This document shows, piece after piece, positions 30,514-39,651 of a stretch of DNA of 64,000 nucleotides. The stretch's first letter is position 1; every line of letters starts with the position of its first letter. The stretch comes from Gammaproteobacteria bacterium (GTDB lineage Bacteria > Pseudomonadota > Gammaproteobacteria > Arenicellales > Poriferihabitantaceae). The DNA lies in NCBI GenBank assembly GCA_009841725.1, contig VYGS01000094.1, positions 3,114 to 67,113 on the forward strand, given 5' to 3'. The translations under genes were made by a program, and so were the position numbers. The notes under the pieces were generated by a model that searched no databases, had not been told where the DNA came from, and saw only the letters and a list, made by a program, of their open reading frames with translations.

Positions 30514-31425
30514 TCACCCGCCCAAGACCTCGCCAACGGCGAGACCGCTGTCGCGGGCATATTGCGAAGCAGGAATCTTGCCGCCGTCCGAGCGCACCCT
30601 CTTGATGCAAATCGCACCGTCTGCGGCCGCCACCGTAATCCCGTCGTCATCGATCCCGAGCACTTCTCCCGGTCGGCCGATCCTGCCCGATCGTTCGCTG
30701 TCGAATATCCTGAGCACGGCATTCCCGTGCATCGTCCAGGCTCCCGGCTGCGGATTGGACGCCCGGATGACATTGTAGACCCGCGCCGCCGACTCGCTCC
30801 AGTCCAGGCGGGCCTGGTCCCTGCCAAACCAGGATTCATAGGATCCTTCATCCAGATTCTGTCCGATCCGGGGTGCCCGGCCGGCCTTGACCAGTTCCAG
30901 AGACTCGATCATGGCGTCGACACCCATCGGAAACAGTTTTTTGAAGTAGACGTCTCCAAGCGTTTCATCCGGGCCGATCGAACAGGTCTTCTGCAGCAGG
31001 ATCGGACCCTCGTCCAGACCGTCGTCCGGCCAGAAAATGGTCAGACCGGTTTCCGTCGCGCCCATGGAAATCGGCCAGTTGATGGACGACGGACCACGAT
31101 GCATGGGCAGGAGCGAGGGATGATACTGGAACGATCCGAGTCTGGGCGCGTTGATCACGGCCTCCGGCACGAACAGCAGAACGTAGGCCATCATGCACAG
31201 GTCGGCTTCGAATGATCGCATCAGATCAAGCGACTCGGGGGTTTTCCACGACGACGGCTGATGGACCGGCAATCCGCGTTCGAGCGCAAGCTCCTTCAGG
31301 GGGTCGACAGGCCGGCCCTCCCTGTCCGGAGCCGTACAGACCGCCACGACATTCTCGTTTCCTTCAAGCAGACGCTCCAGAACCGCGCGGCCGAAAGCCT
31401 GCTGCCCGTGCACCACGATTTTCAT
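30514..31425 (-). CDS. formyltransferase-fold protein resembling the N-terminal hydrolase/transformylase domain of 10-formyl-THF dehydrogenase (Formyl_trans_N + _C)
   Basis: Trimmed to the ATG at 31425 (GGAGACGATGCC upstream). It has MKIVVHGQQAFG, FQYHPSLLPMHRGPSSINW (catalytic His) and IFWPDDGLDEGPILLQK (catalytic Asp). The last string is much closer to my memory of rat FDH Nt-domain (IFWADDGLDTGDLLLQK) than to Fmt. Confidence 0.8.
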   Translation of the reverse strand: MKIVVHGQQAFGRAVLERLLEGNENVVAVCTAPDREGRPVDPLKELALERGLPVHQPSSWKTPESLDLMRSFEADLCMMAYVLLFVPEAVINAPRLGSFQYHPSLLPMHRGPSSINWPISMGATETGLTIFWPDDGLDEGPILLQKTCSIGPDETLGDVYFKKLFPMGVDAMIESLELVKAGRAPRIGQNLDEGSYESWFGRDQARLDWSESAARVYNVIRASNPQPGAWTMHGNAVLRIFDSERSGRIGRPGEVLGIDDDGITVAAADGAICIKRVRSDGGKIPASQYARDSGLAVGEVLGG

Positions 31426-31447
31426 GGCATCGTCTCCAACATGTCCG

Positions 31448-32695
31448 TCAGACCGCTCCGGCTTCGCGCATGCCGGCAATCTGCTGTTCATCGTATCCGA
31501 GCACCTCGCACAGGATTTCGTCCGTGTGCTCGCCGAGCAGGGGCGAGCGCACGACATCAACCGGGGAGTCGGACATCTTGATCGGGCAGCCGACCGTCAG
31601 GTACTGGCCCCGCTCGGGATGATCCACTTCCACGACCGTGCCGGTTTCGCGAAGCGAAGGCTCTTCCGCCAACTCCTTCATCGACAGGATCGGGCCCACC
31701 GGGATATTGAGTGGATTGCAGATGTCCATGATCTCGAACTTCGTCTTGGTCATGGTCCACTGTTCAATGGCCTCAAACACCGTATTCAGCCTCGGGAGGC
31801 GCGCCTGGGGCGTTGCGAAATCGGAATCCTCCTTCCATTCCGGTTTTCCGATCACTTCGCATATCTGTGTCCAGACCGCGGCCTGGGTGATGAAGTAGGT
31901 GTACGCATTGGGATCGCTTTCCCAGCCCCTGCACTTGAGAATCCGGCCTGGCTGGCCGCCTCCGGAGTCGTTGCCGGCCCGCGGAGTCGCCTCCCCAAAC
32001 GGGACGCCCTCCCCGTACTGGGAGTATTCCGTGAGAGGCCCGCGCTCCAGCCGCTGCTGATCGCGCAGCTTGACCCGGCAAAGATTGAGCACGCCGTCCT
32101 GCATGGGAGCCAAAATACGCTGTCCCCGTCCGGATCTCTCCCGCTGGAACAGGGCTGTCACGATGCCAAGGCAAAGATGCAGTCCCGTTCCCGAATCGCC
32201 GATCTGCGCACCGGTAACCAGAGGCGGGCCGTCGCGGAATCCGGTTGTTGACGCCGCGCCTCCGGCGCACTGCGCCACGTTCTCGTAGACCTTGCAGTCC
32301 TCATACGGCCCCGGGCCGAACCCCTTGACGGACGCCATGATCATGCGCGGATTGATTTCCTGCACCCGCTCCCATGGAAAGCCCATGCGGTCCAGGGCGC
32401 CCGGGGCAAAATTCTCGACCAGGACATCGCAAACTTTGATCAGTCGCTCCAGCACCTCCTTTCCGGTCTCGTGCTTGGTGTTGAGCGTCAGGGAGCGCTT
32501 GTTGTGATTGAGCATCGTGAAGTAGAGGGAATCCGCCCCCTCGACATCGACAAGCTGTTTCCGGGTCGCGTCTCCGACACCGGGCCGCTCGACCTTGATC
32601 ACGTCCGCGCCGAACCAGCCCAGCAATTGCGTGCACGTCGGTCCCGACTGCACATGTGTAAAATCAAGAATCTTGATTCCTTCCAGCGCTTTCAT
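31448..32695 (-). CDS. frc: formyl-CoA:oxalate CoA-transferase (class III CoA-transferase)
   Basis: Trimmed to the ATG at 32695 (AAGGAGAAATCA upstream). [71 protein letters not shown] and GGGQPG...KC.GWE closely track Oxalobacter Frc as I remember it. Confidence 0.9.
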   Translation of the reverse strand: MKALEGIKILDFTHVQSGPTCTQLLGWFGADVIKVERPGVGDATRKQLVDVEGADSLYFTMLNHNKRSLTLNTKHETGKEVLERLIKVCDVLVENFAPGALDRMGFPWERVQEINPRMIMASVKGFGPGPYEDCKVYENVAQCAGGAASTTGFRDGPPLVTGAQIGDSGTGLHLCLGIVTALFQRERSGRGQRILAPMQDGVLNLCRVKLRDQQRLERGPLTEYSQYGEGVPFGEATPRAGNDSGGGQPGRILKCRGWESDPNAYTYFITQAAVWTQICEVIGKPEWKEDSDFATPQARLPRLNTVFEAIEQWTMTKTKFEIMDICNPLNIPVGPILSMKELAEEPSLRETGTVVEVDHPERGQYLTVGCPIKMSDSPVDVVRSPLLGEHTDEILCEVLGYDEQQIAGMREAGAV

Positions 32696-32728
32696 TGATT
32701 TCTCCTTGAGCATTATTCTTCTCGATCA

Positions 32729-34477
32729 TCATTTGTACATGGTCTGGGCCTTCGTTCCCGGAGCATATTCGTCCGGATCGACCCAGACATTCACCACCGC
32801 ACATTTGCCGGTTTTGGCGATTGCCTCCCGGGCCCGCCGCAATGCCGGCTGGATTTCGCTGGCCTCGTGAACCTCTTCGCCATACCCGCCGATCATTTCG
32901 CCGAACTTGCTGAACGGCACATCGCCGAGCTTGTTTCCGACATTGCCCCGTTCCTCTCCGTACTTCGCAACCTGACCATAGCGAATCTGGTTCATATGCG
33001 AGTTGTTGCCGACGATGGCCAGAAACGGCGCGCCGAAGCGCTGCGAGGTTTCCATGTCGAATGCCGTCATTCCGAATGATCCGTCTCCGAACAGACAGAC
33101 AACCTCCTTGTCGGGATTGGCCAGCTTGGCCGCCATGGAAAAACCGGTGCCGACCCCGAGCGAGCCGAGTGCGCCGGGATCCATCCATTGCCCGGGATTG
33201 CGCGGGCGCACGGCCTGCGCCGAAATGGTCACGATGTCCCCGCCGTCGCCAACGTAGATCGTCTCTTCATCGAGAAATTCGTTGATTTCAAAAGCGAGCC
33301 GATAGGGATGAATCGGATTCTGGTCCGTGGTGAACATCGGCATCAGCTTCTCGAGCTTCACTGCCTCGATCTCCCTCAGATCCTTCATCCATGCCTTGCG
33401 GGCGCTTCGTGCGCCATTGTCGATCCGGCCCGAAGCCGCCTGCTCGACCGCTGCCATGATCGCTCCGGGATCGCCAGCCAGCCCCAGGTGGATATCCCGG
33501 TTCTTCCCGACCGTGGTGTAATTCTGGTCGATCTGTATCAGCTTGAGATCCTTTGAAATCCGCTTCCCGTAGCCCATCCGAAAATCGAAGGGCGTCCCGA
33601 CGATCACGATCACGTCGGCATTGGTGAACGCATCCCTGCGGGTGCGGTCGAAATGGTGCGGATCGTCTTGCTTCAGCATGCCCCGGCTGGCGCCGTTCAT
33701 GTAGGCCGGAATATCGAGTGCGCGAACCAGACTGATCGCCTCCTTGTGCCCCTGGCAGGCCCAGACCTGCTGTCCGAACAGGATCGCCGGACGTTCCGCC
33801 TTGACCAGTATGTCGGTCAGCATCTCGATGTCTGCCGGATCGCCGATGGATCGCACCGACGCCCTGTACGACCCGGGCTCGGGAATGACCGCGCTATCGA
33901 CGGGAATTTCGCGATCCAGGATATCACGGGGAATTTCCAGATACGAGGGGCCGTAGGCGCCGGTGAAGCATTCGCGAGCCGCCATCGACACCATGTCCGC
34001 GACACGTTCCGTGGAGAACACTCCGGAAGCGAATTTCGTGATCGGTGTCATCATGTCGACATGGGGAAGATCCTGCAGCGATCCCATCCTGTGCTGCGTC
34101 AGGGAGCTTTGTCCGCCGATATGCAGAATCGGGCTTTCGGAACGGAATGCTGTTGCCACACCGGTCACGGCATTGGTACAGCCCGGACCCGCTGTGGTCA
34201 CCACGCAGCCCAGTTTCCCGGTTTGCCGGGCATAGCCGTCCGCGGCATGGGCGGCCGTCTGCTCATGTCGGACGTCGACGATACGGATTCCCTCATCAAG
34301 GCACCCGTCATAGATGTCGATGATGTGACCGCCGCACAGCGTAAATATTGTGTCGACGCCTTCATTCTTGAGGGCTTTCGCCACCAGATGTCCGCCGGAG
34401 ATCACCGCTCCGCTCTTGTCTTTCCTGGCCAGGGTATCCACCGCCGTATCAGTTGCTCGATTCATGGGATTTCTCAT
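32729..34477 (-). CDS. oxc: thiamine-diphosphate enzyme of the oxalyl-CoA decarboxylase / 2-hydroxyacyl-CoA lyase family
   Basis: It is TPP-dependent (RHEQTAAHAADGYAR, GDGSFGMTAFDMET). The size (about 580 aa) fits, as does its position immediately upstream of frc. The assignment to Oxc rather than another ThDP enzyme is mainly contextual. The start is uncertain (34477, 34465 or TTG 34507). Confidence 0.75.
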   Translation of the reverse strand: MRNPMNRATDTAVDTLARKDKSGAVISGGHLVAKALKNEGVDTIFTLCGGHIIDIYDGCLDEGIRIVDVRHEQTAAHAADGYARQTGKLGCVVTTAGPGCTNAVTGVATAFRSESPILHIGGQSSLTQHRMGSLQDLPHVDMMTPITKFASGVFSTERVADMVSMAARECFTGAYGPSYLEIPRDILDREIPVDSAVIPEPGSYRASVRSIGDPADIEMLTDILVKAERPAILFGQQVWACQGHKEAISLVRALDIPAYMNGASRGMLKQDDPHHFDRTRRDAFTNADVIVIVGTPFDFRMGYGKRISKDLKLIQIDQNYTTVGKNRDIHLGLAGDPGAIMAAVEQAASGRIDNGARSARKAWMKDLREIEAVKLEKLMPMFTTDQNPIHPYRLAFEINEFLDEETIYVGDGGDIVTISAQAVRPRNPGQWMDPGALGSLGVGTGFSMAAKLANPDKEVVCLFGDGSFGMTAFDMETSQRFGAPFLAIVGNNSHMNQIRYGQVAKYGEERGNVGNKLGDVPFSKFGEMIGGYGEEVHEASEIQPALRRAREAIAKTGKCAVVNVWVDPDEYAPGTKAQTMYK

Positions 34478-34493
34478 GTATACGATAGTTGTT

Positions 34494-35198
34494 TCATTCA
34501 ATATCAAGGTTGGTCTTGAGGTGTTCCGCCAAATTCAGGGCGTGCTCCCTGACCAATTGCTCGGCCTTGTCCGCCTCTCTACTCTCCAGAGCCTCGATGA
34601 TTTTCATGTGATCGATAATCGAGTCTGTCGCCCGATTCCCCTCCCTGATCGTCTTGTGGCGAATCACCCGCATGTGGAAGAACAGTCCCTCGCAAATGTC
34701 GATCAGGACGGCAGATTTGGAGATTCGGATCAGGCTTTGATGAAACTCGATGTTCTGTTTCGAGTATTCATCAATGCAGGCCTTGGGCTGCCGGTCTTCG
34801 TCGAACGAGATGAACATGGAGCGCAACTCGCCGATTTCCCGGTCCGACGCGTTTTCCACCACGATTCTCGCAGCCAGCCCTTCAAGCACTGCCCACACCC
34901 GGATCATCTCGATGATCTCCGACATGGTCTTTCTGACCACGAAGGCGCCCCGCCGGGGGATCAGTTTTACGACACCCTCGCGCTCCAGCGACATGATCGC
35001 CTCGCGGACAGGCGTACGACTGATGTTCAGGTCTTTTGCAAGTTTTCGTTCATCCAGCCTGATCGGCTCGTCGCTCGTGTAGATGTCCATATCGGCGATG
35101 GCCGATTTCAGGGCGTCCACCACATGATTCTTCAGTGCGGTACTGGAAGGAATCGGCGCCAGGCGGACGACATTCTTTCTGCTGCTGTCCATGGTCAT
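34494..35198 (-). CDS. GntR-family transcriptional regulator (FadR/FCD subfamily)
   Basis: Has an N-terminal wHTH (ERKLAKDLNISRTPVREAIMSLEREGVVKLIPRRGAFV) and an all-helical FCD-type C-terminal domain. Confidence 0.85.
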   Translation of the reverse strand: MTMDSSRKNVVRLAPIPSSTALKNHVVDALKSAIADMDIYTSDEPIRLDERKLAKDLNISRTPVREAIMSLEREGVVKLIPRRGAFVVRKTMSEIIEMIRVWAVLEGLAARIVVENASDREIGELRSMFISFDEDRQPKACIDEYSKQNIEFHQSLIRISKSAVLIDICEGLFFHMRVIRHKTIREGNRATDSIIDHMKIIEALESREADKAEQLVREHALNLAEHLKTNLDIE

Positions 35199-35219
35199 GT
35201 CTCGATATGCTCCTGGAAG

Positions 35220-36743
35220 CTATTTTTCTCCGCTCGTGGCCTGCGCCCTTCTTCTCTTTATCAACTTCTGGATCGTCGGATAGCTGATCAGGGCAATCGC
35301 CAACAGGATGCAGACCAGCGAAATGGGCCGTTCAATGAATATCGTCATTTCTCCCTGTGAAGCCAGCAACGACTGGCGCAACGAGCGCTCCGCAAGGGGA
35401 CCAAGCACGATCGCGAGTACTGCGGGTGCGACCGGATAATTCAGCTTTCTGAGCAGATAGCCGATAATTCCAAACAGGAACATGAGCCAAACGTCATGCA
35501 TCGTCTGTGTCGGCGCGTAACCGCCCACGACGCACAGGATGTAGATCGTCGGAGCCAGAATCGTGAACGGCAACGTCAGTATCTTGACGAAGACGGGAAT
35601 GAACGCCAGGTTGATAAGAACAGTCGCGAAGTTTGCAATGTACAGGGAGCCGATCAATCCCCAGACAAACTCGGGGTGTTCGGTAAACAACAGGGGTCCC
35701 GGGCGCAAGCCCCAGATGATCATGCCCCCGAGAAGGATCGCCGTGGTCGGAGAGCCCGGAATGCCCAATGTGATCATGGGAAGCATGGAACCGGTCGAGG
35801 CGGCATTGTTTCCGGCTTCGGGAGCGGCAACGCCGGCCACGTTGCCCTTCCCGAAGGTTTCCGGCTTGCTCGAGAAGGTTTTCGCGAGCCCGTAGGACAT
35901 CAGCGATGCGGGTGTGGCACCGGCCGCCGGCAGGGTGCCGACAAAATAGCCGATCACCGAGCCGAGGCTCGTGGTTCCGATATAGCTCTTGATTTCCCTG
36001 AGACTGGCGAGGAAGGACCTGACCGACATTTTCACCTTGTGAACGGTCACTTCACCCCGAGTGGTCTCCAGCGTCCACAGCATTTCCCCGATCCCGTAGA
36101 TTCCGATCGCCAGGACCAGGAAGTTGATGCCGTGCAAAAAGCCGGTGATATCCCCGAATATGAGGCGCGGCTGCCCGGAAATGATGTCGAGTCCAATGGT
36201 CGCGAGCACAAGGCCGATCAGGATGGAGAAGATTGTTTTCGGGATGTCGTCGCCTCCAAGCCCAATGAAGGTCGCGAAAGCGAGAACCATCAGGGCAAAC
36301 TCTTCGGGAGGACCGAATTTCAGCGCAAAGGCCGCAAGCGGTGGCGCAAACAGGGTAAACAGGACGACCGAGATGGTGCCGCCGATGAACGAGGCGATCG
36401 CCGCGGCGATCAGCGCCCGATCCGCCTTGCCCGACTGGGCCAGCGGCCGGCCGTCGAACACGGTTGCCACCGCTGTCGAAGCACCGGGTATACCCAGTGT
36501 TATCGAACTGATGGCACCGCCGTACATCGCGCCGTAATAGATCGCGGCCAGGAAAATTATGGCCGCCGTCGGTGGAACCAGAAAAGTGATCGGAAGGAGA
36601 ATCGCAACCCCGTTCACCGAACCGAGACCCGGCATGGCGCCGACGAGCAGGCCGATGGTGCAGCCGATGATGATCATCATGAAATTCAGCGGCTGCATGG
36701 CTTCCAGAATGCCTGAAGCCAACAGTGTGAATATCGAGTCCAT
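35220..36743 (-). CDS. tctA: tripartite tricarboxylate transporter large permease TctA
   Basis: 507-aa polytopic protein with the TctA pattern (GALPGLGSVNGVAILLPITF, GAMYGGAISSI). Confidence 0.9.
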   Translation of the reverse strand: MDSIFTLLASGILEAMQPLNFMMIIIGCTIGLLVGAMPGLGSVNGVAILLPITFLVPPTAAIIFLAAIYYGAMYGGAISSITLGIPGASTAVATVFDGRPLAQSGKADRALIAAAIASFIGGTISVVLFTLFAPPLAAFALKFGPPEEFALMVLAFATFIGLGGDDIPKTIFSILIGLVLATIGLDIISGQPRLIFGDITGFLHGINFLVLAIGIYGIGEMLWTLETTRGEVTVHKVKMSVRSFLASLREIKSYIGTTSLGSVIGYFVGTLPAAGATPASLMSYGLAKTFSSKPETFGKGNVAGVAAPEAGNNAASTGSMLPMITLGIPGSPTTAILLGGMIIWGLRPGPLLFTEHPEFVWGLIGSLYIANFATVLINLAFIPVFVKILTLPFTILAPTIYILCVVGGYAPTQTMHDVWLMFLFGIIGYLLRKLNYPVAPAVLAIVLGPLAERSLRQSLLASQGEMTIFIERPISLVCILLAIALISYPTIQKLIKRRRAQATSGEK

Positions 36744-36811
36744 GGTCGTTTTACCTTAAGTTCACAAAGGACATTGTCCGGTCCGGTTGGTCTGACTTGC
36801 CGCCGCTCCTT

Positions 36812-37318
36812 TCACGAATACATGAGGTCATAGATCGGGTAGAACATCGGTTCCGTGAACGACTTGGGAAGCGGAATTTTCAACGCCCATTCGAACAGGC
36901 AGAATATGAATACCGGAATCCCGATCATGAGAACAATGGTCAGAGGCCAACTGTGGCGCCCGACAAACTTGAGATAGAAAAGGAGAAACAGGAACAGCGA
37001 GAAATAGATTCCCACGATATGGGTCGCCACCAGCAGAAACAGGATCGAGCCGGCCGAAACGCCGACCACAACCAACCGATCCCGGGTGATGAATATCTCG
37101 AGATTTCGGGATTCCGGAGTGATCTTCCTGAACCACCGGTAAACGGTGATGACGGAAACCAGCAACATGCCCGATGACAGCCAGAAGGGCCATGCCCCGG
37201 GCCCGGGTCCCTTTCCTGCAACCCAGCCGATATTGAGTTCCGCGCTCTTCACCATCAGGCCGATCGAGCACAATGCGCACACGATGGCGGCCACCAGTTC
37301 TGTAGTTCGTACGGTCAC
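36812..37318 (-). CDS. tctB: tripartite tricarboxylate transporter small subunit TctB
   Basis: 168 aa with four TM helices, located between tctC and tctA. Confidence 0.75.
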   Translation of the reverse strand: MTVRTTELVAAIVCALCSIGLMVKSAELNIGWVAGKGPGPGAWPFWLSSGMLLVSVITVYRWFRKITPESRNLEIFITRDRLVVVGVSAGSILFLLVATHIVGIYFSLFLFLLFYLKFVGRHSWPLTIVLMIGIPVFIFCLFEWALKIPLPKSFTEPMFYPIYDLMYS

Positions 37319-37360
37319 GAGGCGAATCCCCGGCCAGGATCAGTGAATGTCATCGATCAG

Positions 37361-37391
37361 GCGTGCGGAGCGGCCGTGCCGCTCCGCACGC
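37361..37391 (-). other. perfect 13-bp GC-rich stem-loop in the tctC-tctB intercistronic spacer
   Basis: GCGTGCGGAGCGG (37361-37373), loop ccgtg, then CCGCTCCGCACGC (37379-37391). All 13 pairs are Watson-Crick by hand pairing. No U-tract follows on either strand. Confidence 0.7.
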
Positions 37392-37422
37392 GATCAAAAT
37401 AAATGAACGCTAGGCGATCCAC

Positions 37423-38424
37423 TTATCCGGTAATCGCGTCAGCACCGACCTCTTGGATCAATTTCTTGTGCTTTTCGATTTCCGTCATGTGATACTGGCC
37501 CAGTTCATCGCCTTTGAGGAACGACTCGCATGCCAATCCGTCTTCCACACAGAAGGTCTGCCATTCCTCGGAATTGAACAGGGTTTCAAACAGGCCGATG
37601 TACCAGGCCTGCGCTTCCGCGGACATCCCCGGAGGCCCGTTAATCGAACGCTGCATGTAGTACTCGATCGGATGGCCCAGTTCCTTGGCGGTCGGAATAT
37701 CGGGGTAAGCCGGCAGCCGATTCGCGGTGAACTGCACCAGCGGCTTGGTGTTGCCCGCACGGTAAAACTCGTTCTGCTCTGCAGGATTGTTGACGGTCGA
37801 ATCGATGTGGTTGCCCACCAGGTTCTTGGCCACCGTGCCACCGCCCGGAAACGGGATATAGGTCACTTCGTAGCCAAAATAGCTTTCCATCATGGCAGTG
37901 AGGATGGAATCTTCCTGGCCGCTTCCGGTACCGCCGACTTTCCATTCCCTGCCGGCAGACTTCACGGCGGCGACATAGCTGTCAAAATCGGTGATGTCTC
38001 CACGATCGGTATTGACCCAGAGCAGGAAGTTGTCCAGCGCCATGCGACCGATGGGGGTAAAGGTGCTGACATCCACGCCGATGTCCTGGATGATGGGAGT
38101 GGTGTAGAAGCTGTTCAGCGTCACCAACACCGTATGGTCGTCACCCGCCTTGTCTTCCATGTACCGAAGGGCTTCCGCGCCGGAGCCGCCCGGCTTGTTG
38201 ATCGGAATAAACGGACGCGGTGACAGGTTTTTCTTCTCGATCAGGCCCTGCAGCAGACGAGCGATCTGATCCGCGCCGCCGCCGGTGCCGGCCATGATGA
38301 TCAACTCTACCGGCTTCTTCGGCGACCATTCCGCAGCAGCGGGTCCGGCCAGTCCGAAAGCCGCCGCCACCGCCACTGCGGACGACAGTACAGTCTTGAC
38401 GAGATTCTTCATTCTGGATTTCAT
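37423..38424 (-). CDS. tctC: tripartite tricarboxylate transporter substrate-binding protein TctC (Bug family)
   Basis: Has a signal peptide (LSSAVAVAAAFGLAGPAAAEW) and the Bug-family core KPVELIIMAGTGGGADQIARL. GGAGG lies 7 nt upstream of the ATG. Confidence 0.9.
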   Translation of the reverse strand: MKSRMKNLVKTVLSSAVAVAAAFGLAGPAAAEWSPKKPVELIIMAGTGGGADQIARLLQGLIEKKNLSPRPFIPINKPGGSGAEALRYMEDKAGDDHTVLVTLNSFYTTPIIQDIGVDVSTFTPIGRMALDNFLLWVNTDRGDITDFDSYVAAVKSAGREWKVGGTGSGQEDSILTAMMESYFGYEVTYIPFPGGGTVAKNLVGNHIDSTVNNPAEQNEFYRAGNTKPLVQFTANRLPAYPDIPTAKELGHPIEYYMQRSINGPPGMSAEAQAWYIGLFETLFNSEEWQTFCVEDGLACESFLKGDELGQYHMTEIEKHKKLIQEVGADAITG

Positions 38425-38529
38425 TGTGAGACCTCCATTGGAGTGTTTAGGAATTGCATGAATAAAATACTCTGATATTCACGACTTTATACATAATATT
38501 CTATTATGAATCATATCAAATCGCCTTAT

Positions 38530-38552
38530 TTTGGTATATGGCATTTGGTATA
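38530..38552. promoter_or_regulatory. 9-bp direct repeat TTTGGTATA x2 (14-bp periodicity) in the AT-rich tctC upstream region; the second copy contains the GntR-like core TGGTATACAA
   Basis: The copies are at 38530-38538 and 38544-38552. TGGTATACAA (38546-38555) fits the generic GntR/FadR operator pattern t.GT-N2-AC.a. The surrounding sequence at about 38440-38580 is conspicuously AT-rich in a GC-rich window. Confidence 0.4.
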
Positions 38553-38746
38553 CAAGATACAGAGAGTATCATAGAACAGAGTACCGGCACCATGTCAACC
38601 CCTTCCCGATCCGCGATTTCCGTCACACGGCCCGGAAGGGACGGCAAGGCGCCGAAACATCGGTCTCGGACTCGTCGGACAGAATCTCGCCGAGAGTCAT
38701 TTCGACAGCCTCGAGGACGGCCGCGGAGGGAATGTGGAGCGCTGGC

Positions 38747-39628
38747 CTACTCGGGAGGATTGAGCAACTCGCCGATCTCAAGACCGATTGAGATGGGCGA
38801 AGCGACGACGTGGACACCGGCCCTGGCCAATGCCTGTTTCTTGTCCTGGGCCGTACCGTAACCGTTTCGGATGATGGCGCTGGCGTGCCCCATGTAGGTG
38901 TTGTCCGGCACGTTTTCACCGACAATGCAGGCAATGACGGGTTTGCCGAAATCCGTCCCCTCCAGATATTCCGCCGCCTGCTCTTCCTCGCTGCCCCCGA
39001 TTTCCCCGATCAGCACCACGGCATCCGTGTCCTGATCCCGGCGAAACAGCTCCAGGCAATCGGCAAATCCAAGCCCGCGCACCGGATCTCCGCCCACGCC
39101 GATGCAGGTTGATTGTCCGAGGCCCGCCCGGGTGGTCTGGTCAATCGCTTCATAGGTCAGGGTACTCGACCGGGAAATGATCCCGATCCGGCCCCTGCGG
39201 AAGATCTCTCCGGGCATGATGCCGATGCGGCACTCTCCCGGCGTAATGATTCCGGGCGCATTCGGGCCAATCAGCCGCGTCCGGCTCCCTTGAAGCGCAC
39301 TCATCACCTCCAGCATGTCCAGCAACGGAATATGCTCGGTGATGCAGACCACGAGGTCGATCTCGGCCTCGATCACCTCGATCATGGCCCGGGCCGCGGA
39401 TTCCTTCGGAACGAATATCACCGATGCGTTTGCGCCGGTTTCGCTCATTGCCTCGGATACGGTATCGAAAACCGGCAGTCCGAGATGCTCGATTCCACCC
39501 TTCCCGGGACGAACTCCCGCAACCATCCGGGTGCCGAAGGAGATCGCTCGCTCCACATAGAAACTCGCTTGATGCCCGGTGATCCCCTGGCACAGCACCT
39601 TGGTGTCGCGATTGACCAGAATCGACAC
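38747..39628 (-). CDS. succinyl-CoA-synthetase-alpha-like subunit (ADP-forming acyl-CoA ligase, CoA-binding/phosphohistidine subunit)
   Basis: 293 aa that align along the full length with E. coli SucD. The phosphohistidine loop is kept (YMGHASAII versus MGHAGAII). Substitutions occur in conserved strings (GPNAPG versus GPNCPG, ITEHIP versus ITEGIP). Confidence 0.85.
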   Translation of the reverse strand: MSILVNRDTKVLCQGITGHQASFYVERAISFGTRMVAGVRPGKGGIEHLGLPVFDTVSEAMSETGANASVIFVPKESAARAMIEVIEAEIDLVVCITEHIPLLDMLEVMSALQGSRTRLIGPNAPGIITPGECRIGIMPGEIFRRGRIGIISRSSTLTYEAIDQTTRAGLGQSTCIGVGGDPVRGLGFADCLELFRRDQDTDAVVLIGEIGGSEEEQAAEYLEGTDFGKPVIACIVGENVPDNTYMGHASAIIRNGYGTAQDKKQALARAGVHVVASPISIGLEIGELLNPPE

Positions 39629-39651
39629 AGCGGCTTCTCCTTATCGGCCTC

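Noticed and set aside
35496-36716. 406-aa plus-strand ORF opposite tctA
   Set aside because: It is an antisense shadow. The translation is extremely Arg/Gly/Asp/His-rich, whereas the minus frame gives a clean polytopic TctA.
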